This document shows positions 1 through 13,031 of a stretch of 64,000 nt of DNA, piece after piece. The translations under genes and the position numbers were made by a program. The notes under the pieces are model-generated. The model worked only from the letters and a program-made list of their open reading frames with translations, had not been told where the DNA came from and did not search any database. This stretch comes from Klebsormidium nitens (lineage: Eukaryota > Plantae > Klebsormidiophyceae), in assembly GCA_000708835.1 (NCBI GenBank), contig DF236998.1, forward strand, positions 169,880 through 233,879. Direction: 5' to 3'. The stretch's first letter is position 1. Each line of letters begins with the position of its first letter.

Positions 1-1370
1 TTGATTCGCGATAGAGGTATACTGCAGCTTGTTTACTGCTCAAGAACAGTGTTACAAGCAGCGCCACTAGTGGCGGGCAAAGTCAATCGTTGCAAGCACT
101 GCTAAGAAGTACATGAACTCGGAAAAGAAAAGGATGCCACTGACACTGTGCGTGGAATTTGGCTATAGCCATGCATGATGATTACCGACATTCAATCGCA
201 ATTAAGCTCCTTGCAGTCATGGATTCAAGCTATAGCGATTGTTATCATGCTGAAGATTTGGTCACATGCAACCTGATCGAGCACCCTTTTTCAACTTTGA
301 TGACCGAATAAGTTGAATGTAATGTTCAATAAGGTTGAATATTAAGGTAAATGGGAAGTTTAGATTTAACAATCGACTATTGTGGCCGGCAGCACGTATA
401 TATTTACAGCTAGGTCCGGTTGTATTATCCGATTATGTTGATCAAATCAATCTGGTGCGGAGCACCTCAGGCTCTCTCACGATTGGGGACCCAGTAGCTC
501 ATGATTGAATTCAGCGATATGCACACAAACTTCAATGCAGACGTACAACTGACACGATCATCCAATCGACCGCAACAGTGGTTTTAGACGGAACATGAGG
601 TCCAAGTCGTAGATGTAGAGCTCGCTCAGCTTATGTTGCAACCGTTGAACGTACTCGACGCTCCAGGTTGTCATTGTCCCCATGAACCCATCCGATTGCA
701 TGACCCATCATTTGACTGCACGTAGCTCATGCAGGCGGCCCTCCGTGAGTCATCTTGAATCATGTCCGGCTCAAGCTAGGGTGTTCGTCCATAACGTATT
801 GAGAAGAATGCGATCCCCGGAAGGCTACATGTCGTGGCATCCTGGCTAGTATACGAGAATCTCTACCGTATCTCTTTGCTGCGCAAACCTAAGGCTAGAT
901 ATGTAACGACTCTACTCTGATCACGTTGCATTCGATTCTCTTTTCCATAATCCGTTCGACGCTTATAATTTAGCCTCAACTTAAGGCTGAGGAATGTCCG
1001 GCGACCTTCAATCTGAGGATATCTCCACCTGTCGTTTCCGAAAGCCTTCGCTTGCTACTGATTCTATACTCTTTCGAGCTTAGCTATGGATGCAATTTGG
1101 AGTTTACGTACCGGAGCTCTAGCTGTCTGATCTGGTGGCCGTCGCGCAGGCGATTGATGTCAATCTTGCGTTATGTTTGTTGAAGCCGCTCTGGCTGCGT
1201 TGTCTACCGGGCATGAATCTCGTCACCGACTTTTATGCTACAAAGAATGTGTTTGTGCTTCACTACAGGTTATTAGATAACTTATGATTGCAACGGGACC
1301 TGTCGCGACTTGAAAGCAGCCCTCTCTAGTTCGTTTGTCGCCCCAGCCCCCACCTCCGCTCTTTATTTTC

Positions 1371-1605
1371 AACCCCGACAGCAAACCCGATTCGGAATGT
1401 GGGCTCGAAAGCCGGGTTAGAGTCCTCGGTTTCTATTACCGGTCACCACCTTCCCCACGAGGCACTATGCACTTTACTCCGCTCCTTCGGTTCCAACCCC
1501 GACAGCAAATCCGATTCGATATATGGGCTCAAAAGCCCGGTTAAAGTCCTCGGTTTCTTTCACCACCTTCCCCACGAGGCGCTATGCACTTTACTCTTCC
1601 CCTTC
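1371..1605. repeat. Diverged ~120-bp tandem duplication spanning the last codons, stop codon and 3' UTR of the XBAT gene
   Basis: CCCCGACAGCAAA(C/T)CCGATTCG...CTTCCCCACGAGGC(A/G)CTATGCACTTTACTC occurs at ~1373-1478 and ~1497-1596. Both copies encode SKVHSASWGRW* on the minus strand. Confidence 0.9.
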
Positions 1606-4600
1606 GCAACGGTCACTGGCACCGGGGTTAACGGGAGTGCCGGCTCGGTCTTTTCCAGGACAGGTGTTAACGCCTCGAGCTGTTTTATCTCCGTCCGGCA
1701 GAAGGGGCACGCGGGCGGGGGCGCGTGCGGGCTCGCGGCGCTCGGCTTGCAGTGGCAGCACAGCGCGAGCGTGCACATCGCGCACAGCCGGTGGCCGCAC
1801 TCGCGCACCTTGAGGAGCGAAAAGCAGACGGTGAGTTGATAGTCAAATCAAGGAAAGCCACGGACGCGACAACAATTCGAAGAGAAGAAACGAACGGAAG
1901 GTTTGACTTCTAGAAAGATATAAATCGTTGTTTTCCAAGCTGTTGCTAGGCAAAGAAGAGAACCAAAACGTAAGGATTTAAGCGCTTGACATTTAGGAAC
2001 GTTCCTGAGAATCCCTTTACACAATCATTGTCGACGATGTCCTAGAAAATCTGAGGCGATCTACAATTGCGAAGCGACTCGCCGTTTCGTAAAGGTTGCT
2101 TTTAGAAGAAGATAGAGCGTGGCCAAACGGCTACGGAACTCACGCGCGAAGGAACGGACCGCGGAATCGGAACCCTACATCACACCGGAAGCAAGTAGAT
2201 GAACTGGGATTCGCAATTACCCTAGAACCGTGGAACCCTGAAACATTGACAGAAATTAATTTAGCCGCTGCCCACCTCGATGTTGCACAGCCGCTCGAAG
2301 CAGATGCTGCACACGTCCGCGTCGTCCTTGTCGGACGACGTCTGCGCGTCCGCATCGTCCGCCACGTGGCAAATCTCGCCGTCCTTCCCGAGCGCCTCCT
2401 TCTCGGTCAGCGTCTTCACCTGCCCCGACTGCGTCAGCTGCGCCTCCGTCAGCGCCTGCTCCAGCAGCGCGCGCGCCTGCAACGGACGACGTCAGGATGA
2501 CGTCAGCGGTGTCCCTTCCATTCCAATACCGTTTTTCTGCCTCGTTTCCAACGTGTCAACAATTCAGACGGTCGCTACTTCCTGTCCGAGCATCCCGAGT
2601 AAGGTCAGATTCTCTGTTTCTCATTCTCTGTGAAAGATACGTCAGACCTCAAGTGAAAGGGCGCACTTTGCACTACGGCATCGGATAGATTCTTCAGGCT
2701 GATTTTGCGGCTAAGCTTGATCCTGCTTCTTGGCACATGACGTCACCGTTCTTTTCCACGTCATCTCTTGGGGGCCTCACCGAAGCATTCAGTTTGGCGA
2801 CGAACTTCCAGGGGCTCGGCCAAACCAGAGGCTCGGCGGTTTGAGGGTTTAACAGCGCGGCCACGGCGTCGTGGCCCGACTTCAGGGCGACCACGTAAGG
2901 CGTGCACCTGAGGGAAGGTCGCCAGAGCTTCAGTTTTACGTCGTCTGGCTGGAGCGAAAATGATCTCGTGATATTAACGTTGACAAAAGGAATGATTGTG
3001 AAAAGCCTGTTTGTATCAAAGATGCTAGATCAAAAAGAAAGGTCTGATTTCGGCTATCTTCGGCTTCGATATGCCAACGACAGTCGTTTTGATGTCTTAT
3101 ACTTCAAGCGGATAAGGGCTGAATCCTCAGAACGAAGACCGACGGTATCTTTTCCGTTCAACAGCATCCGCTCCTAGCACCGAGATTGGACACGCAGGTA
3201 CTGAATCCCCAGAACTTCCCAAAGTCAAGATTCTGTACTCACCCGTTGGCGTCTCTGACGTCTCGACTCGCCCCCCAAGCGATCAACTCCCGTACGCACT
3301 CTATGCTTCCGCCCCTCGCCGCCCAATGAAGCGCCGTCGAAGCCCTGTCGAACAAGAAAGAGCTCTCCATCAGCTGGTCGAGTTCGACGAGAAAATTATC
3401 AGAAAGCCGCAGTGCGACAGTAGAAAGAGGAGAAATTAATCTGGCAACTTTGATATGTCAGCTGTGCTGAATGATTGAGATTCAGCCTTTGTCACGTATC
3501 ATATTCTCGTGACAAAGGCTGAATCTCATATCTGCACCATTCGCTTCATGTTGCGGAGAATACTGATTGAAAAGAGAGAAACTGTCTTCGATCACGCTTC
3601 CAAGGGGAATAAGCCTCCAATCGAGGGATTGATGGAATACAATTGCGCACGCGTTCGTTTCGGACAATTCTTCATGTAAGCTACTTTTCGTTTGGTAGGG
3701 GCTCGGCCACCGGCGCATAAGCGGAAGGCGCACTTACTTGATAAAACAGGAAGAAAGTTTGGAGCGGCAACGGAGCCTTGGACGGTCCGAGAGCTTACCC
3801 GTTGGCTGCGGACGTGACTCCGGACACGAGCGCACCCTGCTCGAGCAGCGCCTGCATGGTGCGCGCGTGCCCCGCGCGCGCAGCTTGGTGGAGCGGCGTC
3901 GCGCCGTTGGCGTCGCGGACGTTCACGAAGCGCGCGAATCCCCTGGACACGGAAAAGATTGGTAGGGCTAAGTCAGATTCAACGGGTGCTTTTTGTGTTT
4001 ACGAAGCGTGCGAGTCGCTGCAAAGAAATAGAATGTATTCACAATTTTGAATGTCAGCATCCAGGGTTGTTGATCCCACAACAGTCACACGATCATCAGT
4101 GCACTTGTATTCTGGTGATGCTCTTTGGAACATTAGTATGAAGAGCGCTTGTCTTATCAGGGCCTAGCAAACGCATACCCCTAGACCTGAGCAGCTCCGC
4201 TCTAGCGTATTAGGCTCCTCTTACATTGTAACAGGGAGAGAGATAGCAATTACGTAAGAGAAAGCCGCTACGGAAAAGGCTCTGTAGCCGGGCTTAAGGC
4301 TCAGGCTAGTTTATCATGACCCACTGAGCAAGCCGTTCTGGCCTGTCTCGAGAAACAAGAATTGTGGTCGGACATCCTTCAACTTGACTCCGCTAAGAAA
4401 CTGAGCCCGGCTGCCGCCATAAAACAAGGGTTAAAACCTCGCCCAACCAGCTCACGTCCATCCGGGATCCCGCTACAACCATGACCCGGGGTTTGGAGTG
4501 GCGTTAAGCAAACCCGGTGGTGGGTTATGCTCACCAAGAAGCCGCGATCGTGCCGCCCTGCGCCGCCGCCAGGATCCGCCGCACGCACTCGGTGTGCCCC

Positions 4601-6998
4601 CCCCGCGCGGCGAAGTGTAAACACGTCCTCCGGTGCTTGAAGTCGAAGCACAGCATGTTAGCCCCGGCCTCGAGAAGTGCCCCGGCGCAATCCCACCGGC
4701 CGCTCTTGCACGCGAGCATGAGGGGGGTCTGGCCTGAGTAGTTGGCGCAGTCGAGGCGGGCCCCCCGGGCGAGGAGCAGTTTCAGGACCTGCGGAAGATC
4801 GAGGAGAAACGGGTCACACGCCGGCAAGAGAGAAGTGCGGGAGAACAGTTCGTTTCCAACTTTCGTCGAAGGACGAAAGTTGGATCGGAGGACGACAAAG
4901 CAAGCTGACATCAGCTGGTTCTGCCAGGGTGGGTCTGGAAGGTTTGTAGGGCAAGTACACCCGGGTCAACAAGTTTTGTAACCAAACCCGGATGACGTGG
5001 CAACTCCGACGGGTTATGGTTACGAAATTAAATGGTTATTCATGAGACCTAACCCACGGCTGTGCCAACTCTATATTAGTCAAAATAAACCCTCNNNNNN
5101 NNNNNNNNNNNNNNNNNNNNNNNNNNNNNNNNNNNNNNNNNNNNNNNNNNNNNNNNNNNNNNNNNNNNNNNNNNNNNNNNNNNNNNNNNNNNNNNNNNNN
5201 NNNNNNNNNNNNNNNNNNNNNNNNNNNNNNNNNNNNNNNNNNNNNNNNNNNNNNNNNNNNNNNNNNNNNNNNNNNNNNNNNNNNNNNNNNNNNNNNNNNN
5301 NNNNNNNNNNNNNNNNNNNNNNNNNNNNNNNNNNNNNNNNNNNNNNNNNNNNNNNNNNNNNNNNNNNNNNNNNNNNNNNNGTAGAGGCACTCAGGGCAGG
5401 TTGGTCAAAGCGTTCCTGGACATTTTCTTCATTGTTGAAGAAAAGCTTAGGAAACGAGAAATTGAGAAAGCCGACAGAAGGTGGCCGTGAAGCTTGACTG
5501 TTGGCAGAGCAGATTGCCACACCCTTACTTTCGTTGTCCTCCACGCCAGAAGGCACTCTGTGAGCGAGACTTACAGAAGCAGCTTTGCCAATGTTTCGCC
5601 TTTTCCGACTCCTCGTTTCTTAGACATAAAGTCCAGATAATTATGGAAGCTGCACCTCGTTTAGTGGCGCATGCGCAGGTCAGAGCAACCCCTCGATTTC
5701 CATGCCAAATCCAACCGCTTTTGGAGAGCGACCGTTTCGATCAAGCTCAGCCAAAGCCAGCTTCTTCCATGTGCAAAAGCTGGTTCCACTAATTTCCTAA
5801 AGAACCTAGCTCAAAACAGCTCAATAACAGTTCCGTAGAGCAGAAAAGCCTCAAAGCATGCATTGGTCCTCGACTAAAAGAAACATGCGTGCCCTCAGGC
5901 AAATGGCAAGCGTGTACAAAGCAGGTTTCCTGGTATAGCTCAGAAGACGGGAACAACGCTCACTGCGTCGTGGACAGGCGTACAAAGTACGATTGTTACT
6001 CCAGAAGCTACAGCGTTTTGAAGCAGAAACAGGCGTGCAGAAACAGGACGTAAGGTTGCTGACATACTCCGTCAGTATCAGAACAGCATTCCTTCACCAA
6101 CCCGGAGGAAGTGGGTCATTGGAGAAGGCGCCCAATGGCAGGAATGCATGAAGCGCCGTAGCGGGACCGCTTCAGGCTTTGCAATGGCAAGGTGCCAATT
6201 GTAGCGCGTTCTTTACTGTCCAGAATCTAGAGTAAAACTCCTCACGCCCAATCCATTTACATAAGTATTAACGACCTTTACAGTAGATCATGGAGGTGCT
6301 CCAACCACTAAATGCAACAGTCTCATCATAAGAATGCAATCTAGTTAGTTCACTTGGGGGGGTGTCCGGCAGCCGGGAAAAGCGGAGACTCCGAAGCGAG
6401 CGCCGCAATGGGTATCCGCCAGAGTATGCAGTTATATCCAACTAGAATGTGCGCCATGCATGCTTACGAAGGCCCAATGCCATGCCGGCTGCAATGCAGT
6501 GTCACTCGTTTCCAGCAAAAAGTTGAGCATCAGTGCTTAGTGCGGTGCTTCTTTGTTTTTCGGAGTGATGCGCTGACTGCCTAGTTGCTTCCACCCTCCT
6601 GAGACCCGCACTCATTGGCCGATGCCATACTGGGCCAATGAGCGCAGGCTTTCATCTACTCTTCGCAGAACAAAGAATTTTCGTGGGCACCCTTCGTTGC
6701 CCATTTCATATCAACAAAATCATCCAGAAATGAGACAAATGACGTAAACAAACCTGCCCACTTCAAGTCCACAGGACAATCCAGAAACTAGACAGATGAC
6801 ATAAACAAACCCACTCACATCGATTTGGCCGTGAATCGCCGCCACGTGCAGTGGGAAGTTCCCCTTGCTCATCCCATGTGGCCCGTTCGCAAGCGCAGGA
6901 TCCTCCGCTATGCATTTTTCTGCCCGCCCTAGATCCCCATCCCTTGCCGCAGCATGCAACCGGTCCCCCCTGCTGGGCAGGCCCAGAGTTGCGCCCAT
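1560..6998 (-). CDS. XBAT31: Ankyrin-repeat RING-finger E3 ubiquitin ligase, XBAT31-like (7 exons, ~418 aa)
   Basis: Exons 6819-6998, 4535-4788, 3799-3942, 3243-3344, 2781-2907, 2276-2476, 1560-1808. All introns are GT-AG, phases are consistent and the total is 1257 nt. Protein has an MG start, ankyrin repeats (PLHVAAIHGQ, TPLMLACKSG, TCLHFAARGGH, TPLHQAARAG, TALHWAARGG), the XBAT31-type motifs SWGFARFVNVRD and AEPLVWPSPWKF, and a split RING (CSICFERLCNIEVRECGHRLCAMC...CPFCR). Confidence 0.92.
5095..5380. other. Assembly gap (286 N) inside intron 1 of the XBAT gene
   Basis: Run of N. The ORFs called across it are artefacts. Confidence 1.
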
Positions 6999-8345
6999 TA
7001 ACACCGGGGGGAGTTGCACTGCCCGCCCGGGTGGGAACGGGCTCCTTCTGAACGTGTGGCAGATTGACTCTAGCGGTTCAGATGCGTACGCTTGCTGCGC
7101 GAAATTGGCAGAGACTCTGTCCCCAACTAGGGGAGCGAAAATAGGGAATGAAGAATTGGTGCTCCTTTCACCTTGCTTCCTCTATCTTGTGCCCGGCCGC
7201 CTTTTTACTGGGTCTACTCTTCACAAACCTGTCAAGCAACTGAAAGTTGCCGCCTTTTCGTCACTCCGTCCCTCCGGTTTCTTTCTCTGGGGCCCTCTTT
7301 GTAATCAGAGACTGCCACAGCAAAGAGAGTTGTCGCACTCTTTCCTGAAGATGCGGGATTGCAAGCTGTTCTGCAAGATATTCTGGAAGCACAAGTCCTG
7401 CTGAGAAGTCTCACATTGCGGCTCTCTTTTGCGCCCAAGTTGTCAGCCCTTCTGAATTTCTCGAACTGCTGTGTCCCTGTTTTCTTATTGTTGACTCATT
7501 GATAAATAAAGCGGCCACGAACCAGTAGATAGTTGTTCGGAGTCATAATTTGGCAGAGGAAAGCGAGATCCATACTGCGGGCCAAAACCTAGATCCGGTC
7601 AACTGCACTGATGCATCATTGTTGATGGCCCAAAGTCTTGAGAGGTTGAGGGCAATGCGAATGTTCAACTTGCAGTTTAGCCTTTAGGCTTCACGCCGTA
7701 AGTTGGAACAAATCCTGTCGTGTTGTCAGCTGCGTCGAAATATACTCTTATGCTGACATCAAGATATCAACCTGCACTAGCGCCGCGCCACTTTGCTCAC
7801 CGCGTTCTGATCGTTGACAGTCTCCAATGCCAATGGAGTGATACATATGCGCGAGTTCCCGGATTCGGCGTGTGCAGGAATGACCTCATTGAATACTGCA
7901 GTAGCATGCAAGTGTAAGTACCGCTATAGGAAGTGTGGGTTTTCATAGTCGCTGCAACCGCCGCTTGATTTGTGTATGTTCCTCACCGTTTTATCGACGT
8001 CCAGATGCTTTGTTTGTAGATCATCGGACGGCTCACAACTCACGTCAAGCACGTCGACGCATGTGCAAAAATTGTTGACGACTTGACGCCCACGATGCAG
8101 CCACGTCGCACTCCATTGGTGCCCTGCGCTCAGAGTCATTGCCAGCTCGACCTCAGGCTAGAGCCTTGCTGCTTGCAGAAACTTTCGAAGGGTCGCCTGT
8201 CAGTTTTGCCTGAACGGCTAGCACAAAACTACATATACTACACTAGATCCTGAGTTGCAGTTTTCTCTGGCCTGCTCCATAATCTCCTCTTTCTCGAAGG
8301 CGCTTTTTGTGTGCATGCTGAAAGAAGGCTAAAAGCTCGTTTAGA

Positions 8346-11300
8346 ATGGAGAGCACATTCTGCCCGTGCTCTCAGCCCACTTTCGTACGCCCTATCTCAA
8401 AGTCATGCAGCTCAACAAAACCCACCGCCCGTCAGGATCCTCTCCCGTTGTGCCACCTGGCGCCGTCCAATCTGCGCCCCAGATCTCAAAGACAGAGCTT
8501 AAAATCGGCAGCATTTAGAACACCGAGCATTGAGAAGTTACAGGACCATTTTGATTCCAAACGGATTCCAGATACTGATGAAGTTAGCAAGCAAGGGAAA
8601 CGGCGGCGGGGGCACAATGTCATGCGGGCAGCGCTGGCTCAAGAAGATGGGTCCAAGGTGGTCGAGAAAATTGAGGTTATGGAGCCCGGTACTCCAACAG
8701 TAGAAACTGGGTGAGGTTGCGAATACTGCACTTCTACTATTCGAAAACTTTCTCATCATCCATCCAGCACCTCTTTGTCAAAGCACAGGGCATAAAAGCA
8801 TGGTTCACCAAAAAGTGGTTCGTGGGTTTCTTTAGGCTTCGCTGACGATTGGAGTTTGCAAATCTTGAATTTTGGTACGTCAGATTGGTTGGAATGCCCG
8901 TCCTTTTAAAAACATGGTAAATCTTTTAAGCTTATCCTTAGTGAGATGTCTGTCAAAGGGATCAACAATACTTTACATCACCGCTTTTTCAGAAGCTGTC
9001 CTGTCTCACCAAGCAGACTGCCAGTGGGAACTGAGAATGTCGGGCCGGGCAGCTTTGAGAACTTGGCCGACTGCCTCTCAACATTTTTGTGTACATTGGG
9101 AGCAACGTCGTCAGCACTCTGCTTATACCACCATTCATCATGGTCATTTGTACCATCTTCTTAAGCACTTCCTTCCCTGATCGTTCGCCCTGTTTCGCCA
9201 AGGCCAGTGCGGTTTCAACGGGATTCCAATCCTCAAATTCTGCGCTTGTGGCCTATGTTTTTCAATCCTCGATTTGAACCTCCCTGCAGGTATTGGACGT
9301 GGCGGGGTTATAAGATCCGCTATCAGCAGGCTGGCGGTAGCGGCCCGGTTCTTTTGCTAGTGCATGGGTTTGGTGCTAATTGGTAAGCACGCCCAGCTCG
9401 CAGATTGAATGGAGCCTTGATGGTTATCTTGATGATTTGTCGACCTGATTGAGTCAAAGAAACATGGGCTGTGATAGATTCCTGCAACTTTCCGTTGCAA
9501 CCCAGGCCAAGCTCGTCCTCGGCTTTGGGTGTAAAGGTGACTGTGGCCCTGCTTTGTTATTGCTTCAGGGGTTGAACTTGAGGGGTTCAATTTTGCAGAC
9601 ACATGATCAAATGCTGTTATGACCCAGAAGACTAAGAAAGATATTGAACCGGTGGCGAATGCGTCAGTGGGTGCTTGACTTTTGAGATGGGCTTGTTTGC
9701 AAGCTAGCCCCATCTGAGCACAAAAGCGCAGATTGCACCATCTCTATAAAAGCAAGCGAAATCCTCCTTGATCGAAACAATTGCCCTACAGTGGGGTCCA
9801 AGCAGAGGAGAAGGAAAGTACAAGTACAAGATTCTCGAAGACGTGAATTACGCTGGCAAGAGATCACAAGGTTGACTATCCACCGCTCTCTGCAGCGACC
9901 ACTGGCGGAAAAACATGCCGTACCTGGCTCGAACGCACCGCGTGTTTGCGATCGACTTACTCGGATACGGCTACTCCGACAAGCCGAACCCGCGAGACTT
10001 TCCGGAAGGCACTCTGTACACTTTCGAAACATGGGCGCAGCAATTGCTAGACTTTTGTGACCAATTCGCGGGGGGGCCCGTCTTCATGATATGCAACTCG
10101 GTTGGGGGTGAGTGCCGTTCTCCGCCTTCTCGTCCCATCCTTCTGTTGGACAGTGCGCAGGAAGTGCAGTCAGCGCCTGGAGTATGCAAGGTGGCTGGAT
10201 TTGTCTGTCACGGTTGACTTGAAGTTACACAAACTGGATGGAACCATGTAAAACCATGCGTTCACACAAAAGCAATCTGACCGGCAGGGCAGGCTCAGTC
10301 CGCTGCTGATTGTCCACATATAGTGCGACAAATTTTGGGGTGCCTAGAAATCGTCAGTCTCTCAGCCGTCCAAGAAGCAAGTTTTCGCGCCCTCGCGACA
10401 TCGCCGACCGGCCTGACGCCGCTCCGTTACTTACAATAAAGCAAGGCGACCGCGCTGAGTCAGTCACTTAAGAAACCAATGAAACTCCGAATCCTTCATT
10501 GTTTCCAAACTTGCCATTAAGGTCTGACTGGGCCATCGGCAGGCCACACGTGGATTTTCATGTCCCAAATGCTAACAATGATGTTAGTACTTGTCATCGA
10601 ACCTTTTGATATCTTCTGTCGATGAGATGTAATAATCACATTCAGGAGAACCCACAGATTGCGGAATTGCCCCCGTAGGTTTGGGGGATCCCAGGGGCCA
10701 ACGGACCGCAGCACACAGTCCTCTACTTTTACCACATAATGGATCCGGCAGAAATGGTTGAATCGTTTCTTTTTGTCCACGAGTCAAACCAAACCTCAAT
10801 GTCTTAACCATAAGCCGTTGATGTGTGTACGTCTGGCCGGCCTTTGAGCCGCTGTTTATTGGCCCCACATGGTGCGTTGCTCTTACAGCACAACAAAACC
10901 GGCAGAAGCTTTGCCCCAAGTTTCACAATATTTCTTGTTTATCTGCATCTGAACCTGATTCACGATGTCTGCAGGTTTGGGGGGTCTGCAAGCCGCCGTC
11001 GATTGGCCCAACATGTTTCTTTGCTCTTACGGCACAACGAAAAATAATAAAATACTGTTCCAGATTTCACTTCGGAGCCTATCTTTCATATATAAACCGA
11101 ATTATCATGTCTGCAGATCTGGCCGGTCTGCAAGCCGTCGTTGATCGGCTCGACATGGCGCTCTGCTCTCACGGCACTAAGAAACTTTCTCAAAAGTCTT
11201 ATACTCCGAATATAAACCTGGCTAAGATGTGTGCAGGTTTGGCGGGTTTGCAAGCCGCCATCGACCGGCCCGAAATGGTCCGCGGTCTAGTTCTGCTCAA

Positions 11301-13031
11301 CATCAGCCTGCGCATGCTGCACATCACCAAACAGGAATGGTGGAAGAAACCGTTCGTGAAGGCGGTCCAGACCGTGCTGCGCGGTACCAACCTGGGGCAG
11401 TCGTTCTTCAAGTCGTTGGCCAGCAAGAAGGCCGTCAAGAGCATCCTCCAGCAGGCGAGTCGCCTGGGATGCCCGGGAAAAGCGCTAGAGGGTCTTGCTT
11501 TGCTTATGGGTTTGGTCTTGAAGCCGTACGTTTACTCGGGTAACGTGTTGTATGGATATCCGTGTGCATTTGGAGCCTTGTTACTCGAGTGTCGCTTCTC
11601 TTCCTCACGCATGTGTGCAAATGGCCATTTTTCTGAGGTTTGATTTAGTCAAGTTTCTCCGCGTGCAAAATTCTGTCCTGGATACTGTCAGACGAAAAAA
11701 GTGGAGCTCCGGAGTTGCTTAGATTGGCGACAGAATCCGGGATGTATGTGCCCGAACCACTTCGAAAAATAAGCACTCCACATTCATTGTACTTGTCCAA
11801 TTTCAACGGAACCTCTGGCCGAATTCCCATCGCAACAGATCTCGAGGTCCTGTATTTGTCTTTTCGGCCGTTATCGCCCGTGATGCTTCTTTGGGACCTC
11901 CGTTGATTCGCCCTGACGTCATCAGCTGCCCATTCCCGCCTTTGCTGACGTGACACCTCGCCGTCACTATCGAAGTAGAAAGTCCGATACCAGGACCGAC
12001 TCTTTGACACCTTTGTCTGCCACTGGGTCTTTAGGACGTTAATTTTTTTCCAACTCGCAGCCCTGCTGACGTCATCTCCTCCAGACATGTCACAACGACT
12101 TGCGTCGTCACAGTCGAACCAGTCGACCTTCGTTCCAGAATCCCGTTTGAACACACTTCACCGATTTGCCCTCACGTCATAACCTGCCATCTCACGCCTC
12201 TGCTGACGTCATCTCCCGCAGGCGTACCGCGACGACTCCGCCGCGACCGACGAACTAGTCGACTTCATCCTAGACCCGGGCCTCCGGCCACTTCAACGCC
12301 TCTGCTCTCCAACAATTCACTGACCCGCTCTGACGTCATAGTCAACCCTCTGCTGACGTCACCGTGCGCAGGCATACCACGACGACTCCGCCGTGACCGA
12401 CGAACTAGTCGACTTCATCTTGACACCGGGTTTACAACCGGGCGCCGCTGACGTGTTCCTAGACTTCATCTGCTACTCGTTCGGGCCACTCCCCGAGGAG
12501 CTCATCCCGCGTGCCACATGTCCGATCCTGATTGGCTGGGGCGAAAAGGACCCGTGGGAGCCCGTCGAGCTGGGGCGCGCGTACGGCGAGTTTGACAACG
12601 TGGAGGAATTCGTCGTGTTGCCGAATGTGGGGCACTGCCCGCAGGTCAGTCGTTGCATACTTACTTTAAGCGGCTGATTGTGGTTAGCATTCCACTCGTC
12701 CGTAATCACGGCTTCTCCTGAGCAACATGCCGGTTCCGACGAAATCGTTTTCGTCCGTTAGTCACTTTGCTGCTGTGTGAGATTAGTCCAAGTTGGGTCA
12801 TATCAAAAGTGGCAGGCTGCTCGGGAGATGCTGTATGACAAGGCCGCAACCTTTGTTTCAATGCTTCCAGAATACGTGTCAAGAAGAGGTGTCCTCAGAA
12901 CGTTGTTGTGGTTTCAATGGTTTTGGGCATGATCTTGACTGAAAAACTGTCTGTGTTCTTCATGACAGGACGAGGCGCCGGACCTGGTAAACGCTCTTGT
13001 AGAAAAGTTCGTCGCAAAGCATTTTGCATAG
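8346..13031 (+). CDS. Chloroplast-type alpha/beta-hydrolase, pheophytinase-like family (closest to the Arabidopsis At5g19850 type; 6 exons, ~407 aa)
   Basis: Exons 8346-8710, 9290-9382, 9896-10107, 11237-11454, 12372-12644, 12969-13031, total 1224 nt. Motifs: WTWRGYKIRY, LLVHGFGANCDHWRKN, AIDLLGYGYSDKP, nucleophile elbow CNSVGG, WGEKDPW, VGHCPQDEAP. N-terminus is Ser/Arg/Pro-rich and transit-peptide-like. Intron 4 has a GC donor. Confidence 0.93.
10810..11300 (+). repeat. Four tandem ~120-144-bp units, each covering the acceptor region and start of hydrolase exon 4 (three decoys plus the functional copy)
   Basis: Equivalent junctions at ~10830 (TGTAC|GTCTGGCC, AG lost), 10974 (CTGCAG|GTTTGG), 11116 (CTGCAG|ATCTGG) and 11236 (functional, GTGCAG|GTTTGG). 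Each is followed by a degenerate GLAGLQAAIDRP-like sequence. Confidence 0.88.
11905..12430 (+). repeat. Tandem decoy copies of the branch point/acceptor and 5' part of hydrolase exon 5
   Basis: TGCTGACGT at ~11942, 12064, 12201, 12352. Acceptors at 12084, 12221 and the functional one at 12371. The copy starting at 12222 encodes AYRDDSAATDELVDFILDPGL versus the real AYHDDSAVTDELVDFILTPGL. Confidence 0.88.

Noticed and set aside
4997-5556. ORFs of 104-166 aa in the ORF track
   Set aside because: They are open only because they cross the N gap.
6999-8345. ATG-to-ATG distance identical (1347 bp) to that of the PYD1/RCC2 pair
   Set aside because: The two intergenic regions share no visible sequence similarity, so this is treated as coincidence.
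10825-11643. 272-aa ORF as an independent gene
   Set aside because: It is hydrolase exon 4 plus the decoy repeats and intron read-through.
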